Of a stretch of 64,000 nucleotides of DNA, positions 9,895-24,172 are shown in pieces. Origin of the DNA: Planctomycetota bacterium (GTDB lineage Bacteria; Planctomycetota; Phycisphaerae; UBA1845); assembly GCA_043803085.1 (NCBI GenBank), contig JAZDKM010000001.1, positions 269 to 64,268 on the forward strand, read 5' to 3'. Under the pieces are notes generated by a model that saw only the letters and a program-made list of their open reading frames with translations, did not search any database and was not told the origin of the DNA. The position numbers were made by a program, and so were the translations under genes. Every line of letters begins with the position of its first letter. Position 1 is the first letter of the stretch.

Positions 9895-12432
9895 TCAAAT
9901 CCCCAACTTCACCTGAACCTCGGCCGACTGCGCCAGTACGGCGTCGGTCGTGGGGTCCTGTACGACGACTCGGAGCTTATCACAGCTCTCGTTCTGCAAG
10001 AGCATCGCGATTCTCGCTGTTTTGCCCGGCTGCAACTTGACGCAGCGGGTCCTCGGATCGAATTCCGCGTCCAGCGCCATGCCAGCCTCACCGACCTGGA
10101 CGCCCCCATGTAGGAGCACAGGACGTACCAAAACAGGCTCGCCGCCGAACAAATCAGCAGGAGCCGTAATGGTGATCCCCATCGTACGGTTCCTGAGCTC
10201 CGACGGAACATCCGACAGGGTAATGGTGACCCCACCGACCGCCGGCTTGCCTCTGCGAACCATGCGGACGGTCAGTACCGGGATCAGCAGCTCCTGAAGG
10301 CTCAGCCCCCCATGGTGATAGGCAAGATCACCGCCCGCCTTGAAAACGCCGATGCCCAGCGGAAACACGAAATCGAGATCCGTCTTGTAGCCCAGCTCCG
10401 GCCCGCTCACCCGAACCGTGGCCTGGGGAGTCATCCCGCCCCGGCCGATCCAGCAGCGGCGATGAAGCTCGACCGTCTGGCCACCGGGGCTGTCGATCCG
10501 CATCGACTCGTCCTTGGCGGACGTGAAGAGGTGCCCGTGGTCTGCGGCGACAATGAAGCGCTCAATGCCTGCGTCAGCGAGCTTCCGGACGGCCCGGGCG
10601 ACGTTGCCAACCGCCGTGTCCATTACCTGCCGCGCGATGCGATTGCTGCCGCCCTCGCCGAGCGAGTCGATATCCTGTGAGCGCACCACGACCAGCGTGG
10701 CGCTCGCGACTTTCTTCTCGACCTCCCGCGCCTTCATGTCGAGCAACTTGCCGAGCTCGAAATCGACCACTTGCGGCACGCGCCCTTTGAGGAACTTCTG
10801 CCGGCCTGGCAGGCCCGTCAAGGCGGTTCCGTCCACCTCAGGCGTAAGACTGCCACCGCTCTCGGTCACGTTGAACGAGGCGGAGGCCCCCGGCATCAGC
10901 GCCGCCATCCCAACCGGCGTGATCGTCGGAATCGCCGCGATGGCCGCGCGCAGACCGAGCTCATCAGCATCGCTGAGCTGGTTCCGGAGCTCAATGCCCA
11001 TCTCGTAGCGCAGCGAATCGACGAGGATGTACGCAACCTTACCGCCGTTTGCCTGAACGAGCTCCGGGTAGATCGAGCTCTGGCCCAGTACGCCGGAAAG
11101 TGACCACCGAGCGGTTTGCAACGCCTGCACGAAACCCCTTGTCATCTCCCGCAGGACATGCTCGTACTCGGTCCGCACCGCGCTCAGGGCTTCCTCCGAC
11201 TCGGGGTCCTCGGTCATGCTGGCAACCAGCGCCTCCAGGTTGCGCTGTACGAAATCGAGCCGGTACCAGCCGTCGGCGGCCGTGTACCGCTCAATCCACG
11301 CCTTCGGTTCTGCCGCCTTCGGCAGCGACTTACGGACCTCCGCCGCCAGGCTGCCCTGCTCCGCCATCAGCCGGCACGCCTCCCACTGGTTCTGCCGACG
11401 AAGATCGCGATCCGTCCAGAAACTCCGGCGATGATCGCTCACGACCTTGGAGGCCTGTTCGCACCGACGATTAACGAGCAACTGTCCGGCGTAACTCAGG
11501 AGCGTGCGCTCCTCGAAGCGAAACGTGTCAATCCTGCCCAGCTTCTCTGGCTGCAGCGCAGCGTCCGCAAGTCCGAACTCGCTTTCGACCTGGTCTGCCA
11601 GGCCGACGTACTCGTCGCCGTGTCGCAGCCGCAGCGACTGGGCCACTTCCCGCACAAACTTCGTCTGGTCCTTCGTCGGTGGCGCCGGGATCATCGCCGC
11701 GGCCGTCGGGGGCTCCCCCTCGAAGTCGTCCCGAAATTCGCCCACGAGCACGTAGCGCATCGCCTTCGTCCGCGCTTCGGCCAGGTTCAGCTCTCCGCCG
11801 AGCTGCAGCCCCAGGCGAGACTCGATCAGCTTGAACAGCTCACCCTTCGCCGATTTCTCGGCAATCTTCGCGTCAACGGCGGGCATGGCGATCCAGTCGG
11901 CAACAACCGTCGCGTTGTCGCGCGCGTCGGCGAAGATCACCTTGAGCATGGACTTCTGCCGACCGTCGTCCTCCTTGAGCAGGCCTACCACATCCTCATA
12001 GGCAACCGTCTCGGCGGCGAGCATCTCATCAATCTGCCCGTCGCTGTACTGGTGCCGCAGCACATTTCGGGCCAGCCGCTTGAGCTGCGGTTCGTAGCAC
12101 TCCCCGGCCTTTTCCAGCTCCATCAGCGGCGACTCGGTGCGGTCCGGCCTCTCGGCGGGAATGTAGATCAGCAGCGGCTCGGGCACATCGGCCGCCATGA
12201 GGGGCTCGACCGTGAACTTCACTTCGAAGAACGACCCGAACCCGACGCCTACGTGCGCCGGAAGTTCGCCGACCTGGACAGGCTGGAGCATGCACGCGAG
12301 CGGATCGCTCCCACCGCATAGCTCACGGATGAACGGCCCGAACTCACTGCGCGGGTCGTACCACACTACGACGCGCCGCTTTCGGAGCTTCTCGACGAGC
12401 TGCTCACTGATGTATTCGTGAAACGCGTGCAT
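9895..12432 (-). CDS. pglZ: BREX alkaline-phosphatase-superfamily protein PglZ
   Basis: 845 aa. N-terminus VVVWYDPRSEF and the PglZ-type core (YILVDSLRYEMG, FIVAADHGHLF). Position is between pglX and brxL. Its stop lies 2 nt before the brxL ATG. Confidence 0.93.
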   Translation of the reverse strand: MHAFHEYISEQLVEKLRKRRVVVWYDPRSEFGPFIRELCGGSDPLACMLQPVQVGELPAHVGVGFGSFFEVKFTVEPLMAADVPEPLLIYIPAERPDRTESPLMELEKAGECYEPQLKRLARNVLRHQYSDGQIDEMLAAETVAYEDVVGLLKEDDGRQKSMLKVIFADARDNATVVADWIAMPAVDAKIAEKSAKGELFKLIESRLGLQLGGELNLAEARTKAMRYVLVGEFRDDFEGEPPTAAAMIPAPPTKDQTKFVREVAQSLRLRHGDEYVGLADQVESEFGLADAALQPEKLGRIDTFRFEERTLLSYAGQLLVNRRCEQASKVVSDHRRSFWTDRDLRRQNQWEACRLMAEQGSLAAEVRKSLPKAAEPKAWIERYTAADGWYRLDFVQRNLEALVASMTEDPESEEALSAVRTEYEHVLREMTRGFVQALQTARWSLSGVLGQSSIYPELVQANGGKVAYILVDSLRYEMGIELRNQLSDADELGLRAAIAAIPTITPVGMAALMPGASASFNVTESGGSLTPEVDGTALTGLPGRQKFLKGRVPQVVDFELGKLLDMKAREVEKKVASATLVVVRSQDIDSLGEGGSNRIARQVMDTAVGNVARAVRKLADAGIERFIVAADHGHLFTSAKDESMRIDSPGGQTVELHRRCWIGRGGMTPQATVRVSGPELGYKTDLDFVFPLGIGVFKAGGDLAYHHGGLSLQELLIPVLTVRMVRRGKPAVGGVTITLSDVPSELRNRTMGITITAPADLFGGEPVLVRPVLLHGGVQVGEAGMALDAEFDPRTRCVKLQPGKTARIAMLLQNESCDKLRVVVQDPTTDAVLAQSAEVQVKLGI

Positions 12433-12434
12433 CG

Positions 12435-17045
<4,611 letters not shown>

Positions 17046-17057
17046 GGCGGCTCCCGG

Positions 17058-20000
17058 CTACTTCAGGAAGACTTTCTTACCCTCGCCGACATGCTTGGCG
17101 CACTCCTCACGCAGACCGCTTAGGGCGCTGTCGAGCTGTTCCTCGCTCTCAATGCCGTCGCGGAAATAGCTGCCGGCATCGACCTGTACCATGCGGGTGC
17201 CTTCGACCGCCGTGAGTACCTGGGAGATCGCGTCCTGCAGGCGCTTTGGGCAGGCGTCGATGTCGGCACGGAGCTGCGGGATCGGCGTCGTCTTCGCGAC
17301 CTCGGTCGTGGCGCGGCTGGCGAGTGGCTGCGCGATCCGCTGCTGCTGGTCGGCAGCGAGCTGCTCCCATCCCGGCGTGGTTTTGAGTTTGGCTTCCGCC
17401 TCGGCGTAAGCCGCGCAGCGAGCTTTAACGGTTTCGTCGAAACGCCGCGCGTACTCGGTCTGGATCGCGCTCGTGTGCTGATCGATGCGGGGAAGTTCGC
17501 GGAAGAACGTCTCGCGGCGGAGCGCATCAGCGAGTTCCTCGGCTTTCTTGGTGAGTTCCTCACCGACATCGGTTTCGTCTTTCAGGAACGACCATTGGCT
17601 CTTCAGGACGCTTCCTGCGGCTTCGAGCCGGCTGAGCGATGGCTCCGTAAGGGCCTGTTCGAGTTCCTTGGCCCGCTTAATCGCTTCGCCGATCTCGGCG
17701 TGCGAGCCGTTGAACGTAAGGACGGCGTTGTCCTCGGAGCCGCCACGGATATCGCGGATGCGCTCGATCGCGCTGGTGAGCACTTCCGCGCCCGGCAAAC
17801 GGTTTGTCTTCAGCACGCCCTCCTGCTCGCGGATCGCCTCTTCGTGCTCGGCGACGGCTGCACGGATCTCGCGGGCCACAGCGCCTTGCTCCAGCTCGGG
17901 AACCTCCCGGCCGAACACCCGCTTGAACGCCTCTGCGGCCTTGACGAGCTCCTCGAACCCGAGGCTCTGCTTCGGCCGAAACGACGCGGCGCGGAACAGG
18001 TTGTTGTTGCTAAAGACGTTCTTCGCTTCGACGCCCAAGGCCGATTCGACCGTTTGCCCCTTGCTGGTCACGTCGATCTTGCCGGCGCGGAGCAGGCAGA
18101 GCGCAAACAATTGGACGGCCTCGAACGACCAGCCGTAGGGCTCGTTGCCGAACTCGTCGGCCAGTGTCTTGCCCGTGGCGGCCTTGCCGTAGCTCCAGTG
18201 GTTCTCGATGCGGCCCATCATCTCCTTGAGCGGCCCCTGTTCGGTCTCGAAGATGGGCTTGCCCTTCTCGTCCTTGAGCAGCGACAGGGTCGAGAACACT
18301 GGGGTGAGACCGTGGAGATTCTCGCTCGTCGTCAGGGCATCGAGGTCCTTGCGCTGAATACGCGCGGCCGCGAGGTGGAACTTGTCGAAGACGCGCGGCA
18401 GCACTTCCTTCAGCAGATCGCCGGCGAATGTGCCGATGGACGTGTCGGTCTCGCGCGGGCTGCGGTCGTTGCCACGGAAGTAGACCGTACCGTTCAGGCA
18501 CGCCGCCTGCAGGAGTCGCCGCAGCTCCGGCCGGTGCGTGTTCGTCAGCTTGCGCTTCTCTTCGGAGACGAGGCCCAACTCCGCCTTGGTCTGTGCGCCG
18601 CGCTCTTTGCGGGTCAGCATCTCCTCGGATCGGAACACCTCCAGCGTCGCCCGGTCGATGCGATCGTCGAGGGGCACGACCCAGAAGATCGCCTTGTCCT
18701 CGACCTGGCTGCGAGACCGAGCTTCGGCGACGCGCTCATCAAGATCCTTACCTGCTTCTGCGAGGTAGAGCTGGATCGCGATGTCGCCGTCGATCCGCGG
18801 ACGACCATTCAGGTGCAGCCCGGCCTTGAATTGCTTCGTATCCATGAAGTTATGGGTCGGCTGCGGCTGCCAGAGTTCGTCGATGCGCTCGCCGAGAATC
18901 CGGTTGCTGTCCGCAGGCTTGGGCGTCAGGCCGGCACGCTGTTTCTCCCAATCGTCCTCGACAGGCGTGGGGATGCGGTAGCCGTCGTCGCCCTTGCGGA
19001 CCTTGTGCGCCCGTTCGAGTGCCTCCAGGGCCTCCTTCACGGATGGCAGCAGCGAGTCGGCCGTGATGGCCGGATGAAGCGTGGCGGCAATGTTCTCCGC
19101 GGTGCGATGCACGCTCTGAACGAACTGAAGCAAGCAAATGGCCTTGGCGACAGGTTGCGCGAGCGGGTGGTTCACTTCGGCCGAGATGCGATCGATTTTG
19201 TCGCGGATGTCGCTCTCAATGTTGCCCTTGACCAGGTCGTAAACGTTCTCGATCGTCGCAAGCTTGCCGATCGGCTCTTCGCCCAAAGCGACGGCGGGGT
19301 TAATGAGCAGTTGTTGAGCCAGCTTGATGATCGTGCGATTCGCACCGCCGACGTGTTTGCTGACCCCGCCCTGGGTACGCAGCCCCGACACGACCTGAAT
19401 GATCAGATCAACCTGGTACGGCAAGAGGGGGTACAGCGCGATGAAGCGCTCCCCCGTAAGCTCCGGCAGCTTAATATCGGCGGTAAGCCGGCTGTTGGCT
19501 ACCAGCCGACCGCGGTTTTGCTCGAACAGCTCGCGAAGCATTTTCTCTGCTTCGGCGTTCTTCGAGAGCACGCGCTTGCTCGTGACTTCGGATATGTCGG
19601 ACGGCTCCAGATGGACCTGAAGCTCGCTCGGGAATCGGTCCATCAGACGGGCCAACTCGACGCGCTTATCCTCCATGCCGCCGACAATATCGCTCAGCCG
19701 CTCCTGGGATGTAACCACCACCCACATCTTTCCGCGACCGACGCGGCCCATGGCCTGAACGAGCCCCTGAAGGTCGAGCATCTTTTGTACGTCGCGGGCT
19801 ACGAACTGACCGACTTCGTCGATCACGAACACGAGGCTCCAGCCGGGGAATTGCCGTTTCATCAGCTCCAGAGCACGTTCGGCAAGGCGATTCGCGCTCA
19901 ATTCCGTTCGGGACTTGGCAGCTTTCACCCAGGAATCGGGCGCGGAGTACGTCTTGGGTTCGAGCTCGTGCATGACGCGGCTCGCCTGACCGAGGGCGAA

Positions 20001-20615
20001 GGCGACCTTGCCCTTCTCCGCATCCCAGTCCTTCTCGAAGAGCCGCTGATACGTCTGTTTGAGCGAATTGAGCCGGCCTTCTTCTTCCAGAGTGATCTCC
20101 AGCTCCGCCAGGTCGATATCCCGTGCGTACCCCAACCGCTTCAGTAACTCGCGATACAGGATCTCCGTGAGCATCTGATTGCCGCTACGGATACCCCGGT
20201 CCGTCGAAAGGTCGAACACGACGGTCTTGGTGGGGATGCGTTCATGGATGTTTCGCAGCAGGACCTTGATCCGGTCGTCGCCGGTCCTGTCGCCGAAGCG
20301 TTCCCCGGCACCCTTCCCCCGAAGCTCACTGTCCTCCAGGATCAAGCCGAGCGTCTTCGCGAAGCTTGACTTTCCCGAACCAAAGAAGCCGGATACCCAT
20401 ACCGCAATGCCTTCATGTGGCTTGTTCGGTGTCTCGAAGTAACGATCGAGGATCCCCGTGTACGAACGGCGGATCGAGTCGGTCGCGACGTATTCATCAA
20501 TCTCATCGACGAGGATGTCGGTATCGGTCTGATCGACCTTGATGACCTCCTCGATCCGGCGGTTTACGTCACTTGCAAACAGATCTTTGATCTTCGTTGC
20601 TCTCATCGCCGTCAC
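17058..20615 (-). CDS. brxC: BREX P-loop ATPase BrxC
   Basis: 1185 aa. Walker A GFFGSGKSSFAK near the N-terminus. N-terminus KIKDLFASDVNRRIEEVIKVDQ is typical of BrxC. Alternative ATG start at 20606. Confidence 0.93.
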   Translation of the reverse strand: MTAMRATKIKDLFASDVNRRIEEVIKVDQTDTDILVDEIDEYVATDSIRRSYTGILDRYFETPNKPHEGIAVWVSGFFGSGKSSFAKTLGLILEDSELRGKGAGERFGDRTGDDRIKVLLRNIHERIPTKTVVFDLSTDRGIRSGNQMLTEILYRELLKRLGYARDIDLAELEITLEEEGRLNSLKQTYQRLFEKDWDAEKGKVAFALGQASRVMHELEPKTYSAPDSWVKAAKSRTELSANRLAERALELMKRQFPGWSLVFVIDEVGQFVARDVQKMLDLQGLVQAMGRVGRGKMWVVVTSQERLSDIVGGMEDKRVELARLMDRFPSELQVHLEPSDISEVTSKRVLSKNAEAEKMLRELFEQNRGRLVANSRLTADIKLPELTGERFIALYPLLPYQVDLIIQVVSGLRTQGGVSKHVGGANRTIIKLAQQLLINPAVALGEEPIGKLATIENVYDLVKGNIESDIRDKIDRISAEVNHPLAQPVAKAICLLQFVQSVHRTAENIAATLHPAITADSLLPSVKEALEALERAHKVRKGDDGYRIPTPVEDDWEKQRAGLTPKPADSNRILGERIDELWQPQPTHNFMDTKQFKAGLHLNGRPRIDGDIAIQLYLAEAGKDLDERVAEARSRSQVEDKAIFWVVPLDDRIDRATLEVFRSEEMLTRKERGAQTKAELGLVSEEKRKLTNTHRPELRRLLQAACLNGTVYFRGNDRSPRETDTSIGTFAGDLLKEVLPRVFDKFHLAAARIQRKDLDALTTSENLHGLTPVFSTLSLLKDEKGKPIFETEQGPLKEMMGRIENHWSYGKAATGKTLADEFGNEPYGWSFEAVQLFALCLLRAGKIDVTSKGQTVESALGVEAKNVFSNNNLFRAASFRPKQSLGFEELVKAAEAFKRVFGREVPELEQGAVAREIRAAVAEHEEAIREQEGVLKTNRLPGAEVLTSAIERIRDIRGGSEDNAVLTFNGSHAEIGEAIKRAKELEQALTEPSLSRLEAAGSVLKSQWSFLKDETDVGEELTKKAEELADALRRETFFRELPRIDQHTSAIQTEYARRFDETVKARCAAYAEAEAKLKTTPGWEQLAADQQQRIAQPLASRATTEVAKTTPIPQLRADIDACPKRLQDAISQVLTAVEGTRMVQVDAGSYFRDGIESEEQLDSALSGLREECAKHVGEGKKVFLK

Positions 20616-20620
20616 TCACC

Positions 20621-21196
20621 TCAGAAAATCATCGGCCTGTAGTTGTGCTCGGCGTCCAAGACGCCCATGAACCGCAAACCGGCTGCACCGTCCAACTCGC
20701 CGGGAAAGAAGAGGACGCTCGGCACGACCACCCGTCCCTTGAGCTGCTCCAGCAGCGAGGACGTTCGGTACACCGGGAATAACGCACCCGCGCGGACGAT
20801 GAAGACGATGTCCCGCAGCGGATCGGGACTCGCGGGCATACGCTCGACGACCAGGTCGTCCAGCCGCTTGTAGCGGCTCAGGATTTCGTGAACCGTATCG
20901 ATCACCTGCGTCAGGCCGATCGTTTTCTCGGATTCGACAAGATCCCCGGTCGACGACTCGGCGGTGATTGCGGCCTGAAGCCGCTCGGCAAGACTGATGA
21001 CCGACACCCGCTTGCCCTTCTGTTCAAGCCGAGTGCGCAACAGGCTAAGCTCTTTGCGCAGGGCAAACTCCTCCTCAGCCGGGTAACGGAAGATCGCGTA
21101 GGGCATATCGTGGTACGCGCTGATTGACCGACGAGGGTCCTCCTGACCGAGCAGCGGTTCGAGCTTCGTCGTCAGCCTTTCAAGCCAATCGCTCAT
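20621..21196 (-). CDS. brxB: BREX protein BrxB (DUF1788)
   Basis: 191 aa. Motif AYHDMPYAIFRYPAEEEF. Sits between brxA and brxC. ATGA overlap with the brxA stop. Confidence 0.88.
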   Translation of the reverse strand: MSDWLERLTTKLEPLLGQEDPRRSISAYHDMPYAIFRYPAEEEFALRKELSLLRTRLEQKGKRVSVISLAERLQAAITAESSTGDLVESEKTIGLTQVIDTVHEILSRYKRLDDLVVERMPASPDPLRDIVFIVRAGALFPVYRTSSLLEQLKGRVVVPSVLFFPGELDGAAGLRFMGVLDAEHNYRPMIF

Positions 21197-21975
21197 GCAA
21201 CGAGCCTCCTGGCAAACTCGACAGCGGAAGCGCAGGGCAACTGAAGCTGCACTAGGCTGCCGGCGGACTCGTAATGCACTTTCCGGAACTGATGCAGACG
21301 AAGGAGCTCCCTTTCAACATCACCCGGGCTCATCAGAAACATGCGCCAGTCGGGCGAATCGACAACCTTGGCCGCACTCTGAACCTCGTCCATCACCGCG
21401 TGTAGCAGGTACATGAAGCTTGTCTCGGGCAGGTGAAACGCGGCGAACTCTCGCGACATCGAACCCTTGAGGAGACCGAAATCCGTCGCGGTCTTCAGCA
21501 GCGCGGCCGCGACACGCTCCGACGTGTTCATGCTCCAGGCCGATTCAACGTCTGCCCCCTTTGCAGGCAGGGCAGCCAGGTACGGCAGCACGTCGTCAAC
21601 ACGGAGCCGAGATCCTCCATCACGGAATCGGGGGAACAGCCAGTTGAGGAGGAAATCACGCAGCAGGAACTCGTCTCGCGTCATGTGCCACAGCATCAGC
21701 GGCTTCCAGATTTCGATGTCACAGCCACCAACGGCAAGCTCCACCAACGTGCGATCGCGCTCCGATGGGTCGAACCGACGTTGCAGCACGAAGACAACGT
21801 CACGTAGCCAGTTTGCGCTCTTCGCGCCGATCGTGTTGCGTTCCTTCATCGCCGCAAGATTCGCAGCGGTCGGCTTCTCTAAGTCCCACTTACCGAAGGC
21901 GGCGTACGTCTCAGGGATGAGAGCTCCCTTGATGATCGTGAAAGACGAGACCACGTTGGAGCGCGTTTGAGTCAT
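21193..21975 (-). CDS. brxA: BREX protein BrxA (DUF1819)
   Basis: 260 aa, first canonical BREX-1 gene by position. ATGA overlaps on both sides. Confidence 0.85.
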   Translation of the reverse strand: MTQTRSNVVSSFTIIKGALIPETYAAFGKWDLEKPTAANLAAMKERNTIGAKSANWLRDVVFVLQRRFDPSERDRTLVELAVGGCDIEIWKPLMLWHMTRDEFLLRDFLLNWLFPRFRDGGSRLRVDDVLPYLAALPAKGADVESAWSMNTSERVAAALLKTATDFGLLKGSMSREFAAFHLPETSFMYLLHAVMDEVQSAAKVVDSPDWRMFLMSPGDVERELLRLHQFRKVHYESAGSLVQLQLPCASAVEFARRLVA

Positions 21976-22565
21976 CCCTGGCCTTCAAACCTCGCGTACG
22001 GGATCGCAGGCTCGCCGGGCTCACCACGGAAGAATCCTGCGGCCAGGAGCTTGACCGTTTCCGTGGACACCTGTCGAACACCGGGCAGCGGCACAGCGCG
22101 ATTATCTGCTGCCCGACGAAGGGTTCGGGCGTTCGCCACATCGCGCTCCCCGATCACGCCGAGGTCAAGCATGACCGCAAGCAGATCAGATACTCTGATG
22201 TTCTGGAGTCTCTTGAAAAACGAGGCCCATTCCTCCGGCTGCTCAAGCCAGTCGGCGCACTGGGCGTCCAACTGCTCCTCGACGATCGTCGGGAGTCTCC
22301 ACAACGTGATGGCGGACGGTGGATCAAAGACCTTCCGGCAGCGATCCGCCGCCACGGCAAAGACCACCCGAGCCTGTGCGAAGAAGTGAGACTTGGGCAA
22401 ACCGCGTCGCAACGCAAGTTCTCCGAGCTGCCCCAACAACCCCTTCGTATTCCACCAGCGGGAGTTGTCCATCTCGCCAAAGCGGGCCACCACGAGCCGC
22501 AGACGCATCAAGGCGGCGAGGTCCAGATTGTCATGTGTTCCGACCATGTCGTTTGGTCCGCCCAT
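21972..22565 (-). CDS. uncharacterised protein coupled to brxA, possibly BrxE-family
   Basis: About 197 aa (ATG at 22565; the ORF track uses the TTG at 22571). Its stop overlaps the brxA start (ATGA). The motif GEMDNSRWWNTKGLLGQLG...FAQARVVFAVAADRC resembles what I recall of BrxE-family proteins; this is not verified. Confidence 0.6.
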   Translation of the reverse strand: MGGPNDMVGTHDNLDLAALMRLRLVVARFGEMDNSRWWNTKGLLGQLGELALRRGLPKSHFFAQARVVFAVAADRCRKVFDPPSAITLWRLPTIVEEQLDAQCADWLEQPEEWASFFKRLQNIRVSDLLAVMLDLGVIGERDVANARTLRRAADNRAVPLPGVRQVSTETVKLLAAGFFRGEPGEPAIPYARFEGQG

Positions 22566-22630
22566 CGGCAAGCTTCCCCACGGCCGTCCAGCAAGCCCAT
22601 GAGCTCGCTGTTGGCTCCTTCACCCTCTCC

Positions 22631-22846
22631 TCAACTCGACCCGCCTTTGCTCCGTTTCACCGATCCACCGCCGAGAAGGCGGAGAAGGTCTTCGAGTTCC
22701 TTCTTGAGATACAGCCGATACCGCGTGACGGGATGCCGCCGTGCGCTTAGCTTGCCCGATCTGTCCCACCTGCGCAGGGTATCCTTGCTGACGCCAAGAA
22801 TCTCCGCTGCCTCAGCGACCGTCAGGTAATCACTTAGCCGGTGCAT
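22631..22846 (-). CDS. MerR/excisionase-type helix-turn-helix protein (71 aa), putative BREX leader regulator
   Basis: YLTVAEAAEILGVSKDTLRRWDRSGKL...RYRLY is a classic MerR-like HTH signature. It is the first gene of the co-directional array. Confidence 0.8.
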   Translation of the reverse strand: MHRLSDYLTVAEAAEILGVSKDTLRRWDRSGKLSARRHPVTRYRLYLKKELEDLLRLLGGGSVKRSKGGSS

Positions 22847-22855
22847 AGCTGTCGC

Positions 22856-22865
22856 TCCACGTGGA
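22856..22865. promoter_or_regulatory. 10-bp perfect palindrome tccacgtgga overlapping the RBS of the HTH gene
   Basis: Read directly from the sequence. It lies 10-19 nt upstream of the ATG at 22846. Confidence 0.3.
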
Positions 22866-22923
22866 TGGGTGCGACAACATTATGCAGCGCCGAGCACGCG
22901 GCGCGAAGGCGCGAGCTCTCGTC

Positions 22924-22933
22924 GCCCCCCCCC
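22924..22933. repeat. C10 (G10 on the coding strand) homopolymer tract in the BREX upstream region
   Basis: Read directly from the sequence. It is the longest homopolymer I found in the window and lies 78-87 nt upstream of the HTH start codon. Confidence 0.95.
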
Positions 22934-23059
22934 CAATTCGGTGCGGTGGCCGACGTGTGCCAACGAAGACAGCCTCAGCGGTCACCCGCCGTGGTCAATA
23001 ATGCTGTAAGTGGGGCTCGCCGTCGGACGATAGCCACGTCTGGATTCACGCCCTCCGAC

Positions 23060-24154
23060 TCAATACACCGGCGGCCGAGGCGGCCGCCGCCGCTGGCTTG
23101 GGCTGGCGATGCGACCCACGTTGGAATCTCGCCGGGCCCCTGCCGGGTCGCTCGGAAACGCGCTCAGGTGCAGCGCCGCTCCCTCAACAACCAGCGCAGA
23201 CCCAAGCAGCTCGGGCGTCTCGAATCTCCAGTCCTCGCCCAGGTCCACACCCGCGCACGCAACGCATTCGGCCTGGCGTAAGCGGTCGAGGATGGCCGCC
23301 CCGACGACACTCGTCTCGTCGAGCACCGGGGCCGCTGCCTGGGCAATCGCGTCAGCCGCGTAGCCGGACACAAGCCGAGGCCAGACCTGCTGGAGCGTCC
23401 GCGGCCGGTCGAACAGGTCCACGCACGTGAATCGCTCGTTGATCATGACCATCACGCCGACGGCCTCCTCCGGACACGGCAGTCCGCGCACGAACTCGCC
23501 AAGGTCGTCCTGGCGTTGCCGGAACGCGTCGGCCATCGCAGCCGTCTCGGACGGCGTGCCCATAGCACAAAGCAGCTCCCCAACCCCCTCCCAGACCTCC
23601 CCTTGGTCCGAACGCGCCTGGCCTGACTCCCGCAGGCTCCGGCTCACGGAACTGAGTTTGCGCGCCCGCATCGCCGGGGGTGCCTGGCTGCCCACCACAA
23701 AGTCCGGCCGGACATGGTGCCACCGCCCCTGCTCGACACACGACACGGGGATTTTCGTCTTGCTACGTGGCCTCAGCAGCACGTCGGTGTTGAGGATGCG
23801 ATTTTGCTTGGCCCCGACCAGTTCCTCGCCGTCCAGAATCAGAATGCAGGTCTCAGACTCGCTGACGGCGTAGAGTTCGGGTACCGACCCCTGCGCCGTA
23901 ACTTCGGTGACTTTCAGTGCTTGGCTCGCAAACGCCTCGGCCAGCCCCCCTATCTGTTCGAGATTCCTGAAGTGGTTGATCACCGCTGGGGAGATGGGCG
24001 CCCGCCGCCGACCGGCGGTCAGCATCGGCACGGTGTCGCTGGGGCGATAGAAGGCGACCTGGAGAATCTTCTTGAGCTGGTGCGTCTCGGCCAGATGGAC
24101 CAGGACGGCCCACTTCACCACGTCGCGGTTGTCCCCGTACCACTGGTCCCGCAT
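23060..24154 (-). CDS. ARPP-1/DUF6569-like protein with an atypical N-terminal segment of about 45 aa
   Basis: Core motif ILILDGEELVGAKQNRILNTDVLL...KIPVSCVEQGRW matches my memory of the DUF6569 (ARPP-1) consensus. The N-terminus MRDQWYGDNRDVVKWAVLVHL does not. Confidence 0.7.
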   Translation of the reverse strand: MRDQWYGDNRDVVKWAVLVHLAETHQLKKILQVAFYRPSDTVPMLTAGRRRAPISPAVINHFRNLEQIGGLAEAFASQALKVTEVTAQGSVPELYAVSESETCILILDGEELVGAKQNRILNTDVLLRPRSKTKIPVSCVEQGRWHHVRPDFVVGSQAPPAMRARKLSSVSRSLRESGQARSDQGEVWEGVGELLCAMGTPSETAAMADAFRQRQDDLGEFVRGLPCPEEAVGVMVMINERFTCVDLFDRPRTLQQVWPRLVSGYAADAIAQAAAPVLDETSVVGAAILDRLRQAECVACAGVDLGEDWRFETPELLGSALVVEGAALHLSAFPSDPAGARRDSNVGRIASPSQRRRPPRPPVY

Positions 24155-24172
24155 TGCGTCCCGTTCCTCAGA

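Noticed and set aside
17475-20147. 890-aa plus-strand ORF inside brxC
   Set aside because: It is the antisense shadow of a confidently identified BrxC gene, with low-complexity Leu/Arg/Ala/Gly-rich translation. The same reasoning applies to 11116-12321 (+), 24607-26862 (+), 32982-34190 (+), 36882-39215 (-), 52179-53411 (-) and the many shorter Arg/Pro-rich ORFs in the track.
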